Positions 48,785-58,681 of a DNA stretch of 64,000 bases are shown piece after piece. Below the pieces are notes generated by a model. That model had not been told where the DNA came from. It did no database searches and was given only the letters and a program-made list of their open reading frames with translations. The translations under genes were made by a program, and so were the position numbers. Within the stretch, counting starts at the first letter, position 1. Every line of letters starts with the position of its first letter. The stretch comes from Minisyncoccota bacterium (GTDB lineage: Bacteria; Patescibacteriota; Minisyncoccia; Phycocordibacterales; UBA1550): positions 27,577 through 91,576 of the forward strand of contig JALNYL010000002.1 in NCBI GenBank assembly GCA_023229865.1, given 5' to 3'.

Positions 48785-50143
48785 ATGCAAAACAACGCAC
48801 AACTCTGGGAAAAAGCTCTTTTTGCACTCGAAGGTGAGCTTTCTCGCGCAAACTTCAGCACGTGGTTCAAAAACACCGCCATCATCAAGCAAGATGATGG
48901 GACGATCGTTATTGGTGTTCCTAATGAGTTTGTAAAGGACTGGCTCCAGAACAAATTTCACAAAACAATTCTTCATTCTCTTCGCAATCTTTCGGAGAAC
49001 GTGCGTGCGGTTGAATATTCTGTGTGCAAAATAGAGGAACCAAAAACAGAAAAGAAGTCTGTTGAAGCTCCAAAGTCCGCTCCTGTAGCAGAGCTTCCTC
49101 TTTCAAATCTTTATGTAAACAGAGAGGACGGATTAAATCCTCGCTATACTTTTGATGATTTTATTATTGGTGCGTTTAACGAACTCGCCTACGCAGCATC
49201 TCAGGCTATTCTTAAAAAAGTGGGGACCAACGTTTACAACCCTCTCTTTATCTATGGAAATACCGGGCTCGGCAAAACACACCTCATTCAAGCAATCGGT
49301 AATGAGGTAAAGAAACACTATCCTAATAAACGCGTGTTTTACACGACGTCTGAAAAATTTTCTGTTGACTACATCAACTCAGTAGGGCAGGGGTCAAAAG
49401 CTATGGCGGCATTTAAAAACAAGTACCGCGTGTATGATCTTTTGATTATGGATGACATTCAATTTTTGTCGAACAAAGAAAAAACTCAGGAAGAGCTTTT
49501 CCATATTTTTAATGAGCTCTATCACAACAATAAGCAGATTATTTTCTCATCTGATAAACACCCTAATTACATCCCAGCTCTTGAGTCACGTCTCAAGTCT
49601 CGTTTTAGTGCGGGAATGATTGTTGATGTTCAGGAACCAGAATATGAATCACGCCTCGCTATTCTTCGTGCGAAAGCAGAGACACAAAAGTTTTTCCCTC
49701 CTCAAGAAATTATTGAGTATCTCGCTTCTTCCGTTCAGGGAAACATTCGTGAACTCGAAGGACTTTTGAATGGCATCGTTTGTCAGTCAGAACTTAAAAA
49801 CAGAAATCTCACCCTTAATGAGATAAAACCTTTTATCAAAAATACCTCAAAGCCTAAAAAACTCTTGTCAGTAAAGGAGATTGTAAAGGTTATTTCTGAT
49901 TTCTATAACATTGAAGAATCTTTCGTCTATGATAAAACGAGACGAAAGGAGGTTTTGAAGCCTCGACAAATTGCGATGTTTATTCTTCGCGAAGACTTCA
50001 ATATCTCATACCCAACAATAGGACAGAAGCTCGGTGGGCGAGATCATACCACCGTGATGCACTCCTGTGAGAAAGTGAAAGAGGATATTAAAAATGATCT
50101 CTCTCTTATGCAGGAAGTGGATCAGATACGCGCAATGTTTTAA
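48785..50143 (+). CDS. dnaA: Chromosomal replication initiator DnaA
   Basis: YNPLFIYGNTGLGKTHL, DDIQFL, GGRDHTTVMH. Confidence 0.98.
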   Translation: MQNNAQLWEKALFALEGELSRANFSTWFKNTAIIKQDDGTIVIGVPNEFVKDWLQNKFHKTILHSLRNLSENVRAVEYSVCKIEEPKTEKKSVEAPKSAPVAELPLSNLYVNREDGLNPRYTFDDFIIGAFNELAYAASQAILKKVGTNVYNPLFIYGNTGLGKTHLIQAIGNEVKKHYPNKRVFYTTSEKFSVDYINSVGQGSKAMAAFKNKYRVYDLLIMDDIQFLSNKEKTQEELFHIFNELYHNNKQIIFSSDKHPNYIPALESRLKSRFSAGMIVDVQEPEYESRLAILRAKAETQKFFPPQEIIEYLASSVQGNIRELEGLLNGIVCQSELKNRNLTLNEIKPFIKNTSKPKKLLSVKEIVKVISDFYNIEESFVYDKTRRKEVLKPRQIAMFILREDFNISYPTIGQKLGGRDHTTVMHSCEKVKEDIKNDLSLMQEVDQIRAMF

Positions 50144-50399
50144 TTTATTATTTTAAACCCTGTGTACTACTTGTGGATAAATTTAAAAACGAGTGTGAAT
50201 AAATCCTCATAACATTTATAAAAAACATTATGAAAAAAGTTTATAAACAATTCCAAAAAAGTTATCCACAGAAATTGATAATGGATGTAGTTAAAATAAG
50301 TAGTAAACAAAAGGAAATTAAAGAGTTATCCACTTATCCACATCTATAGTATTAAAAATAAGTATTTATATAAATAATAATAAACACCTTTAAAAGAAT
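50144..50399. other. Probable oriC
   Basis: DnaA boxes at 50172, 50194, 50262, 50326 and 50334, then an AT-rich tract, between dnaA and dnaN. Confidence 0.85.
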
Positions 50400-51500
50400 A
50401 TGAACTTCACTTGTAATAGAGAAACTCTTCAAAAATATATAACCAACGCCGAGAGGGTTACAGGGAAGAATTCATCACTTCCTATTCTCAGTTCTGTTTT
50501 GATTGCTACAAATGGGAAGTCTTTAGTTATTCGTTCAACCAATCTCGAAGTAGGAGTTGAGTTTCAAATTCCTGCTGAAATAAAAGAAGAAGGAAGTGTT
50601 GCTGTTTCAGGATCTCTTTTTTCAAATATTCTTATGAGTATTCCTGATGAAGAATCAGTTACCGTTTCTGTAAAAGATAGTGTTTGTAAAATAATAACCA
50701 AAACAAAAAATATCACGGTCAAAGGACTTCTTCCTGATGATTTTCCTACTATCCCGGTGATTAATGAAGGAGAAAGTTTTACGATTCAATCACAGGTTTT
50801 TATTCAAGGAGTTAAATCAGTTCTTATGAGTGCTGCTATTTCTGATATTAAACCAGAGATTTCAAGCGTATATGTGTATCAAAAAGAGAAGAGCTTGGTA
50901 TTTGTCGCTACGGACTCTTTCCGTCTCGCTGAGAAGAAAATAGACTACAACGGAGAGGAACTTTCTCAAGGAGTTATTATTCCTGTAAAAAATATTATGG
51001 AAATAGTAAAACTTTTTGATGGAGTTATGGAAAACATACTCTTTAAAATAACAAAAACACAGATTTCTTGTGTTAGTAAATCGGTATATGTAACATCACG
51101 CGTTATTCAAGGGGTTTATCCAGACTATGAACAGATTCTTCCTAAAAATAACACTACGGAAATAGTGATGTTAAAACAAGATCTTATTAATACTCTTAAA
51201 CTCTCAACTCTTTTTTCGGATAAATTTAATAAAATTCAGTTTATTGTTGAACCATCTCAGAAAAAATGTTTAGTTTTTACAAAAAATTCTGATATTGGAG
51301 AAACAGAGTCAAATCTTACAGTGACGATGTCGGGAGAACCAATAGAAATATCATTAAATGGGAAACATCTCTTTGATTGTCTCAGTGTTATCGCGGAAGA
51401 TAGTATTGTAATGCAGTGTAATGGTTCAAATAAACCAGCAGTGATTCGTGGTCTTGGAGATAACTCATTTGTGTATCTCACTATGCCACTTACTAAATAA
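50400..51500 (+). CDS. dnaN: DNA polymerase III beta clamp
   Basis: LPILS, STNLE, VATDSFRLA, G.YPDY, YLTMP; synteny. Confidence 0.95.
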   Translation: MNFTCNRETLQKYITNAERVTGKNSSLPILSSVLIATNGKSLVIRSTNLEVGVEFQIPAEIKEEGSVAVSGSLFSNILMSIPDEESVTVSVKDSVCKIITKTKNITVKGLLPDDFPTIPVINEGESFTIQSQVFIQGVKSVLMSAAISDIKPEISSVYVYQKEKSLVFVATDSFRLAEKKIDYNGEELSQGVIIPVKNIMEIVKLFDGVMENILFKITKTQISCVSKSVYVTSRVIQGVYPDYEQILPKNNTTEIVMLKQDLINTLKLSTLFSDKFNKIQFIVEPSQKKCLVFTKNSDIGETESNLTVTMSGEPIEISLNGKHLFDCLSVIAEDSIVMQCNGSNKPAVIRGLGDNSFVYLTMPLTK

Positions 51501-51505
51501 ACATT

Positions 51506-51760
51506 ATGATTCCTTTAAACCAACTTCTTAATCGGTTTAAAAACCTCACTAATAGCGAAAAGGTTAAAAAACAACTTGTGGTAGAAATTTTAACAAACAA
51601 AAAAATTCCTATTACGATTGATCAAATTTCTATTTCAAAAACCACCGTTTTTACAAAAGTTCCTCCTATTATAAAAACAGAACTTCTTTTCCAGAAAGAA
51701 GAAATATTAAAAGAAATACAAAAAATTTCCGGACTTACTACGATATCAAATATTCAGTAA
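51506..51760 (+). CDS. Small protein, possibly DciA/DUF721-like
   Basis: Directly after dnaN; ISISKTTVFTKV...KTELLFQKEEILKEI pattern. Confidence 0.5.
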   Translation: MIPLNQLLNRFKNLTNSEKVKKQLVVEILTNKKIPITIDQISISKTTVFTKVPPIIKTELLFQKEEILKEIQKISGLTTISNIQ

Positions 51761-51814
51761 TCCATTAAAAAAGCGCGCGGCACAAAGTGCCGCGCGCTTT
51801 TTTAATGGATTACT
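51756..51814. terminator. Bidirectional terminator
   Basis: agtaatccattaaaaaagcgcgcggcac-aaa-gtgccgcgcgcttttttaatggattact. Confidence 0.85.
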
Positions 51815-54341
51815 CTTCAGAGATAAGAAGTTGTGCAGACCCGGTCCCCTTATTAAGAATAGAATCATACACCACCGCAGTAAGAGAATTGTACGTAGTA
51901 AGAGAACCAAAATCTTGCGGTGTAAAAGAGAAAACAAAAGGTTCTGCAGTTTTTTTGCCGACAAGCTCGCCATTCAAAAATAATTCAACACGAGAAACAG
52001 GGTAGCGACTCATTGTTGATACGGAAAGCGTTATAACCTCGTCAGGTTTATGAGAAAGGGTAATATCTGTGCCGCTTAAGGTAACAGAAGAGACTGCATC
52101 ACTACTGTGATTGTTGTCATACTCCGTCGGAATGCCACTACGGTCGCCCTCAGCGATATTTTTTGAGGCAACCCAAGCGCGGACAGGAATTTCCCAAAGA
52201 GAGTACTGAGAGTCATTCTGAGGGTTTATAGGAGGGGTCCCTCGTGGTTCAGTTTTGTTTACCCAATGGAGAATAGTATGAACCTCAGGAACAACAATCG
52301 TTCCTTTCATTTCAGCTGGAGTCAGCGCCGTTGCGAGCTTCCCCGAAGAACGATCTATTACATATCTATCACCTCCTTGCCAAATCCCCTGAAGAGGAGC
52401 AGGAAGAATGGTTAAATCTTCTTTTTCTGGAGCAATAAATTTTTCATTTGGGGAAACCTTCATTGCTTCAGCCATAAATGCGTGCCAAATCGGCGTAATA
52501 ATAAATCCCGCAATATTTTTTTGGAGAGGAGTGTTGTCGTTGTTTCCTGCCCACATACCAACAGCGATGTTTGGAGTGTATCCTACTGTCCATACATCAC
52601 GGAAGTCGTTGGTGGTACCTGTTTTAACCGCGACGTCTTTGCCGGGGAAATACAGTGCTGAGTTTGCACCGAACTCTGGAGTACGCGCGACGTTGTCGGC
52701 GAGAATATTAGTAACCTTGCGCGCAATTTCAGAAGGGAAGACTTGCTCACTTGTTTGTTTAAATTCTTCTACAACAGTTCCATCTTTCGCTTCTATGCGA
52801 AGAATGGCGGTGTTGGGATTTCTTGTACCGTCGTTTGCAAAAACACCATAGGCCCCCGTGAGATCAAGGAGAGAAACTTCGCCGCCTCCAAGCACAAGGG
52901 TAAGTCCATACTGATTTGCACTACCAAGACTTTCTATCCCCATACGGCGCGCGGTTGTGAGAGAATCGTTGATCCCTGCAAGATACAATGTTTTTACTGC
53001 GGGGATGTTGAGAGATTGTGCGAGTGCATCACGCATCGAAATAGGGCCACGATATTTCCCATCGTAGTTTTCTGGCATATAACAATCCTCGGGTTTAATT
53101 TTTGGAGAGTAGGGAACACCCTGTGCATCACAGTTGGTACTGAAATTTGTCTTGAGGTCAAAGAGTACTGTCTCGGGTGTATATCCCTTCATAAACGCCG
53201 TCCCGTAAACGAACGGCTTAAAAGTAGAACCTGGCTGACGATGCGCGAGCGCAACGTTGAAGTTACCTTCTTTTTTAACATCAAAATAATCACGCGACCC
53301 CACCATCGAGAGAACCTGGCCATTTGTAGGATCTACGGCAACGAGCGCCATGTTTGAAGCGTTGAAGTTTTTCTCGAGGTCAGGAGCGGCGTTTGTAATG
53401 ATTTCCTCAGCTTTCTTTTGAAGGTCGTAATTCAATGTCGTGATGACGCGGTAACCATTTTCTTGTACCGCAAGTTCTCCATATTTATTGGCGAGATATT
53501 CTTTTACCCACTCAACAAAGTGAGGGGCTTTGATTCCCGTCGGCTCCTTAGGAAGAAACTCAATTTTTTCTGCGCGCGCAGCCACGAGCTCCTCGCTCGT
53601 AATATAGCCGAGCTCGTTCATGCGACGAAGTACGAGATTTTTGCGTTCGTCGAGTTTATCGCGATGATTGCCGTACGGAGAGTAGTATGTGGGAGCGTTG
53701 GGGATAGCGGCGAGATATGCAGACTCTGCGAGGGTAAGATCCTTCGCCTCTTTTCCAAAAAATGTTTTGGTTGCCTCCCCGATGCCGTAGATGCTGCCAC
53801 CGTAAGGAATCTCATTTAAATAAAGAGCAAGAATCTCGTCTTTTTCAAAAGCCCCCTCAAGGCGGAAGGAAAGAAGAATCTCTTTTAGTTTGCGTGTGAT
53901 GAGCTTTTCATCGGTGAGCATGGTCTTCTTGATCACCTGCTGAGTAATTGTTGAGCCACCACCACGTGTTCCTCCGTAAATAATCGCGCGAGCGACCCCA
54001 CGGAAACTAACTCCGTGATGTTCGTAAAAAGCCGAGTCCTCAATAGAGATAACCGCCTTTTTTACCCAAGGAGAAATATCAGCAAAGGGAACAATCGTGC
54101 GCTTTACATTTTGGTGCACATCATAGAGAAGGATTTTCCCCGTGCGGTCGTAGATTTTTGTGGATTGCGCAACCTTGCGGTCGTGGAATTCAGTAAAATC
54201 AGGAAGCTTCATAAAAGAAGTCCAAAGAATGAGCACTCCCGCAAAAAGAAAAGCACCACCGACAAAGAAAAGAGCCACCGCTTTCCAGTGGTTTAAAATG
54301 TAACGCAATTTTGATTTGTGTGAGCGGGCGCGTCGCACCAT
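51810..54341 (-). CDS. Class A penicillin-binding protein (PBP1A family) with C-terminal Ig-like domain
   Basis: ED..FYEHHG, GGSTITQQ, QPGSTFKP, SLN, KTGTT. Confidence 0.95.
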   Translation of the reverse strand: MVRRARSHKSKLRYILNHWKAVALFFVGGAFLFAGVLILWTSFMKLPDFTEFHDRKVAQSTKIYDRTGKILLYDVHQNVKRTIVPFADISPWVKKAVISIEDSAFYEHHGVSFRGVARAIIYGGTRGGGSTITQQVIKKTMLTDEKLITRKLKEILLSFRLEGAFEKDEILALYLNEIPYGGSIYGIGEATKTFFGKEAKDLTLAESAYLAAIPNAPTYYSPYGNHRDKLDERKNLVLRRMNELGYITSEELVAARAEKIEFLPKEPTGIKAPHFVEWVKEYLANKYGELAVQENGYRVITTLNYDLQKKAEEIITNAAPDLEKNFNASNMALVAVDPTNGQVLSMVGSRDYFDVKKEGNFNVALAHRQPGSTFKPFVYGTAFMKGYTPETVLFDLKTNFSTNCDAQGVPYSPKIKPEDCYMPENYDGKYRGPISMRDALAQSLNIPAVKTLYLAGINDSLTTARRMGIESLGSANQYGLTLVLGGGEVSLLDLTGAYGVFANDGTRNPNTAILRIEAKDGTVVEEFKQTSEQVFPSEIARKVTNILADNVARTPEFGANSALYFPGKDVAVKTGTTNDFRDVWTVGYTPNIAVGMWAGNNDNTPLQKNIAGFIITPIWHAFMAEAMKVSPNEKFIAPEKEDLTILPAPLQGIWQGGDRYVIDRSSGKLATALTPAEMKGTIVVPEVHTILHWVNKTEPRGTPPINPQNDSQYSLWEIPVRAWVASKNIAEGDRSGIPTEYDNNHSSDAVSSVTLSGTDITLSHKPDEVITLSVSTMSRYPVSRVELFLNGELVGKKTAEPFVFSFTPQDFGSLTTYNSLTAVVYDSILNKGTGSAQLLISEE

Positions 54342-54412
54342 AGAGTACTTATATCATACAATAAAAAGAGTGGGTAGGCGAGCGCGGTGTCCTGTGATAA
54401 AATAGTTTTAAT

Positions 54413-55597
54413 ATGACAAACGAAGAGAAAATCGATGAAATATTGACGCGTGGTGTTGCAGAAGTTATCCACAAGGATGACCTGCGCGCAAAACTCCTCA
54501 AAGGGGAACCCCTTCGTATTAAATTTGGGACTGATCCTACAAGCCCCAATATTCACCTCGGTCGCGCAACGTCGATTTGGAAACTCCGCGAACTCCAAGA
54601 CCTCGGACACACCATTGTTTTTATTATTGGCGATTTTACGGGGGTTATCGGTGATACTTCCGACAAAGACAGCGAGCGCCCAATGCTTTCTCGTGAGGCA
54701 GTAGAAAAGAACCTCGAAACTTACTTTGAGCAGGTTGGGAAAATCCTCGATATGAGTAAGGTGGAAAAACACCGAAATACCGAGTGGCTCGAAAAACTTA
54801 ATTACCGAGAAATCACCGAACACGCAGACGTTTTTTCTCTTTCTGATTTTATTTCTCGCGAAAACATCAAAAAGCGCCTCGATGAAGGAAAGCGCGTTTC
54901 GCTTCGCGAACTTTTGTACCCACTTATGCAGGGGTATGACAGTGTTGCTATTGATGCAGATCTCGAAATCGGCGGGACCGATCAAAAGTTTAATCTCCTT
55001 GCCGGACGTAAACTTCAGGAGCGTTTCAATAAGGAGCCACAGAACATCATGATGCTTAATATCATCGAAGGCCTCGATGGTCGCAAGATGAGTTCAAGTT
55101 GGGGAAACACTATTAATCTCACTGACACCGCAAACGATATATTTGGAAAGGTGATGAGTTTGCGCGATGAGCTCATCGTGAAATATTTTGAACACGCAAC
55201 ACGTGTGCCGATGGAGCGCGTACAAGAAGCAGAAGCAGCGCTCGGTCGCGGAGAGAATCCTCGCGATGTGAAACTCGACCTCGCAGAAGAAATCGTCGCA
55301 ATGTATTACGGACGTGACGAAGCGCTTCGCGCACGTGAATCATTTCTCGCGACGTTTCAGAAAAAAGAAATTCCTGACGACATCGAAGAAATAAAAGGAG
55401 AAGGAAAACTCGGAGAACTTTTAAAAGCAAAAGAAATTGTTTCGTCGATGACTGACTGGCGTCGTCTTGTGGGAGAAGGTGCGGTAAAGATTCTTAAAGA
55501 AGGTGGTGTTGAAGAAAAAATCACCGACGATACCGTTCTCGCAACTCCTGGTGTATACAAAATAGGGAAGCGAAGATTTGTGAAGATTGTTGAGTAA
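54413..55597 (+). CDS. tyrS: Tyrosine--tRNA ligase
   Basis: GTDPTSPNIHLG, YPLMQGYD, GGTDQKFN, KMSSS. Confidence 0.96.
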   Translation: MTNEEKIDEILTRGVAEVIHKDDLRAKLLKGEPLRIKFGTDPTSPNIHLGRATSIWKLRELQDLGHTIVFIIGDFTGVIGDTSDKDSERPMLSREAVEKNLETYFEQVGKILDMSKVEKHRNTEWLEKLNYREITEHADVFSLSDFISRENIKKRLDEGKRVSLRELLYPLMQGYDSVAIDADLEIGGTDQKFNLLAGRKLQERFNKEPQNIMMLNIIEGLDGRKMSSSWGNTINLTDTANDIFGKVMSLRDELIVKYFEHATRVPMERVQEAEAALGRGENPRDVKLDLAEEIVAMYYGRDEALRARESFLATFQKKEIPDDIEEIKGEGKLGELLKAKEIVSSMTDWRRLVGEGAVKILKEGGVEEKITDDTVLATPGVYKIGKRRFVKIVE

Positions 55598-55657
55598 TTA
55601 AAAAGAAAAAGCGCGCGACCAAAATTGGTCGCGCGCTTTTTCTTTTTAATTACTCAA
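55590..55657. terminator. Bidirectional terminator
   Basis: Long inverted repeat containing the last codons and stops of tyrS and the convergent small ORF. Confidence 0.85.
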
Positions 55658-55814
55658 TCTCGCTTGAAGCAAATTCTTCCCCCATACCCATTTCCTCGTC
55701 TTCAACCAAAAGGTCGTCATCAAGGTCAAGATCGAGAGCATCATCGCCGAAATCGAGATCATCGTCACCGAGATCGATCATTGCATCATCAAGTACTTCT
55801 TCTTCGTCGGACAT
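55650..55814 (-). CDS. 54-aa hyperacidic protein (not in ORF track)
   Basis: MSDEEEVLDDAMIDLGDDDLDFGDDALDLDLDDDLLVEDEEMGMGEEFASSEIE; 26 D/E, no K/R. Confidence 0.7.
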   Translation of the reverse strand: MSDEEEVLDDAMIDLGDDDLDFGDDALDLDLDDDLLVEDEEMGMGEEFASSEIE

Positions 55815-55996
55815 AGTTTGTATTTAAATTAAGAGCCCGAGCCCTCTTAAATCCAGGAACGGGTACCCATAGTTGTAACAAAAAGTTTTTTTCTGTGCAA
55901 CCCTATTTTTTTGAATATGTGGATAACTTGTGGAAAGAGAAAAACTCCCAAAATACCATTGCAAAACATAGACATTTTCAGTCTCTTTGTTTGGAG

Positions 55997-56482
55997 CTAG
56001 TGAGTATTTGTTGGGCGTGAGTACGCAAAGTGGGTTAGTCCAATAGCAATCGCGTCCATTTCGTCGTCTTGTTTGATGTTTTCAGCCCCCATAACGAGTT
56101 TTTTGACCATTGTCATTACCTGAATCTTTGTTGCTTTACCATACCCCGTTGTGGCCACTTTGATTTGGAGGGGGGTATATTCATAAATTTCAAGACCAGA
56201 CTTTTTTGCTTGATAGAGAATCGCTCCGCGCGCCTCCGCAACGCGCATCGCTGTCTTTTGATTGGTTTCAATAAAAAGATTTTCAATAGCAAGAGCCTTT
56301 GGCTCGTACTCATTAATGACACGCTCAACCTCGCCGCCTAAAAGTAGAAGACGCTCAAAAAAAGAAAGAGATGCTTTTGTTTTAAAACATTCAGAAAAAA
56401 GTAAAATTTCTTTACCGTTTATTTTTTCGAGAACAGCGATACCAATACGCTCGTATCCTGGGTCAATAGAAATGATTCTCAT
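55997..56482 (-). CDS. ruvC: Holliday junction resolvase RuvC
   Basis: IDPG, AIENLF, EARG, YTPLQIK..TGYGKATK, DDEMDAIAI. Confidence 0.95.
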   Translation of the reverse strand: MRIISIDPGYERIGIAVLEKINGKEILLFSECFKTKASLSFFERLLLLGGEVERVINEYEPKALAIENLFIETNQKTAMRVAEARGAILYQAKKSGLEIYEYTPLQIKVATTGYGKATKIQVMTMVKKLVMGAENIKQDDEMDAIAIGLTHFAYSRPTNTH

Positions 56483-56539
56483 GGTTTAATTTTAACATAA
56501 AACAAAAAATCCGAGCGTGTCTCGGATTTTTTATATTAC

Positions 56540-57070
56540 TTAGTCTGCGTTTGTGTACACCTCTTGGATGTCATCATGATCGTCAAGTTCCTCAAGGAGG
56601 CTGCCGAGAGATTCACCGTCTTCGTCAGAGAGAGGAGTGATTGTGTTTGGCTCATACCCTTCAGCTGTTTTGGTAAATGCCCACACCGCAGCCCCTTGTC
56701 CTGCGAGGGCGAGTCCGCGTTTTGAGAAAATGTGTTTCACTTCAGCGACGGTGCGATTTTTGTTGTCAGTGAGACCTTCCATTACGATTGCGCATCCACC
56801 GGGACCATATGCTTCAAAAAGTACTGGCTCCATGTTTCCCGCATCACCACCCGCTCCTTTTTTAACAGCGCGCTCAATGAGCTCTTTTTGCATGTTTTCT
56901 TTCTTTGCACGCTCAATGACCGCGGCAAGCCCAGGAGAACTAAGGTTCCCCTCAGCCTTCTTTGACTCGAGTGCAATAAGTTTTGAGTACTTTCCAAAGA
57001 TTTTACTGCGCTTTCCGTCGGTTACCGCCTTTTTATTCTTGATCTGTGACCACTTATTATGTCCTGACAT
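56540..57070 (-). CDS. YebC/PmpR family protein (short form)
   Basis: MSGHNKWSQIK, EAYGPGG, TDNKNRT, DDIQEVYTN. Confidence 0.93.
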   Translation of the reverse strand: MSGHNKWSQIKNKKAVTDGKRSKIFGKYSKLIALESKKAEGNLSSPGLAAVIERAKKENMQKELIERAVKKGAGGDAGNMEPVLFEAYGPGGCAIVMEGLTDNKNRTVAEVKHIFSKRGLALAGQGAAVWAFTKTAEGYEPNTITPLSDEDGESLGSLLEELDDHDDIQEVYTNAD

Positions 57071-57192
57071 GTTATTTTTCGAATTATTCCCCTAGCATAC
57101 CCGAAACTAAAAAAAATAAAACCCCTGCATTATACACACCGTTATGTCACAAGACTCTTGCAGGGGGAGGTAATCAAAGGTAAACTAATCTT

Positions 57193-57534
57193 GTGGAACC
57201 AGAACAAACAAGTAAGAAGTTTTTAGTAATTCCCCTTGGCGTGGTCGTGCTCATTGTTGCAGCATTGGTGGTTCTTTGGACCAACAGCGCAGATGCTCCT
57301 CTTAATACAGAAACCAAGGAAGAAGTAGTCATTCCTAAAGTAGAAAGAATCTACACCGAAGCAGAAAAGCTACAAATCCTCGCCGACATCGCATCTTCAT
57401 CACAAAAAGACACAACCACCACAGCACAAGACCTCAAAACACTTCAAAATCTTTCAAAAACAGCCCCTCCTGACAAAACGTCAACCGAGGAAAAGCTCCG
57501 CATCCTCGAGTCCCTTAGTTCTGGTTCAAACTAA
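57193..57534 (+). CDS. Small membrane-anchored hypothetical protein with three (E)KL.IL repeats
   Basis: One TM; TEAEKLQIL, TAQDLKTL, STEEKLRIL. Confidence 0.65.
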   Translation: MEPEQTSKKFLVIPLGVVVLIVAALVVLWTNSADAPLNTETKEEVVIPKVERIYTEAEKLQILADIASSSQKDTTTTAQDLKTLQNLSKTAPPDKTSTEEKLRILESLSSGSN

Positions 57535-57552
57535 TTAATTAATTCAACAATC

Positions 57553-58677
57553 ATGAAACATCAAATTGCCACCGTCCTCAAAATCTCATCACTTGCGCTC
57601 GTTCTTTCCCTTGGTCTTTCCTACGCTCTCGCCTGGACTCCACCTACTTCAAACCCACCAAGTGGCAACGTTGCTGCCCCTATCAACGCAAGTGCAACCG
57701 CACAAGAAAAGCTTGGTGACCTTACCCTCAGCAGACTCTTCACAACCGCTTCTTCAAGTATTGGTACTACGGCACAGACACAGACACTCACGGTTGCAGG
57801 AACCATTGGTGCGACAGGAGATATTTGTACGGCGGTGGGCGGAGGATCGTGTTTGAGTACGGCGGGAGGAGGGCTTATTGACCCAACACCAATCGGCTCC
57901 GTGGCTTCATTCGCAGGCTCAGTTGCTCCAAGTGGCTACCTCATCTGTGATGGTACTGCAGTATCTCGTACTACCTACGCGTCACTCTTTGCGGTGATTG
58001 GTACAACATATGGTGCAGGCAACGGCTCAACCACTTTCAACCTCCCTGATCTTCGAGGAGAGTTTATTCGTGGGCTTGATAAAGGTCGTGGAATTGATGC
58101 GGGGCGTGCGCTCGGTAGCTGGCAGGCTGATTTACTCAAGAGTCATACCCATACCGCATACGTTATTGCGCCAGGAGGTGGTTATGGTCCGTATTCTAAC
58201 ATTATGGGGCCTCAAACAATCACCACTTCTGCTACGGGGGGAGCTGAAACTCGCCCTCGCAACGTTGCGATGAACTATGTGATTAAGGCCCTCAACAACA
58301 GTGAGATGGTGCTCATGGCTACATCAACGGTCGCTTCACTTATTCCTGCAGGTGCGGTTATGCATTTCGACCTTGCAACGTGTCCTACTGGGTGGTTGCC
58401 CGCAAACGGAACAGGAGGAACGGTAGATCTCCGTGGAGAGTTCATCCGCGGTCTCGATAGTGGGCGTGGGGTGGATGCTGGGCGTACCCTTGCGAGTGCA
58501 CAAGGACAAGCTATTCAGAGTCACACCCACACATTTACAGCACAGATTTCTGGTATCTATACATACTCAAATGTTGGAGGAACGCAGGGGACCCAACAAG
58601 GAGGCACGACTGCGGCTACTGGCGGCACGGAAACTCGCCCTCGCAACGTTGCACTCCTTGCGTGTGTGAAGTCGTAG
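57553..58677 (+). CDS. Secreted protein with two phage tail-collar domains
   Basis: Signal peptide; P.GYLICDG.AVSRTTYASLFAVIGT.YG.G.GSTTFNLPDLRGEFIRG; ETRPRNVA twice. Confidence 0.85.
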   Translation: MKHQIATVLKISSLALVLSLGLSYALAWTPPTSNPPSGNVAAPINASATAQEKLGDLTLSRLFTTASSSIGTTAQTQTLTVAGTIGATGDICTAVGGGSCLSTAGGGLIDPTPIGSVASFAGSVAPSGYLICDGTAVSRTTYASLFAVIGTTYGAGNGSTTFNLPDLRGEFIRGLDKGRGIDAGRALGSWQADLLKSHTHTAYVIAPGGGYGPYSNIMGPQTITTSATGGAETRPRNVAMNYVIKALNNSEMVLMATSTVASLIPAGAVMHFDLATCPTGWLPANGTGGTVDLRGEFIRGLDSGRGVDAGRTLASAQGQAIQSHTHTFTAQISGIYTYSNVGGTQGTQQGGTTAATGGTETRPRNVALLACVKS

Positions 58678-58681
58678 TTAA

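Noticed and set aside
57553-58677. Prophage remnant
   Set aside because: Isolated gene with a signal peptide between housekeeping genes
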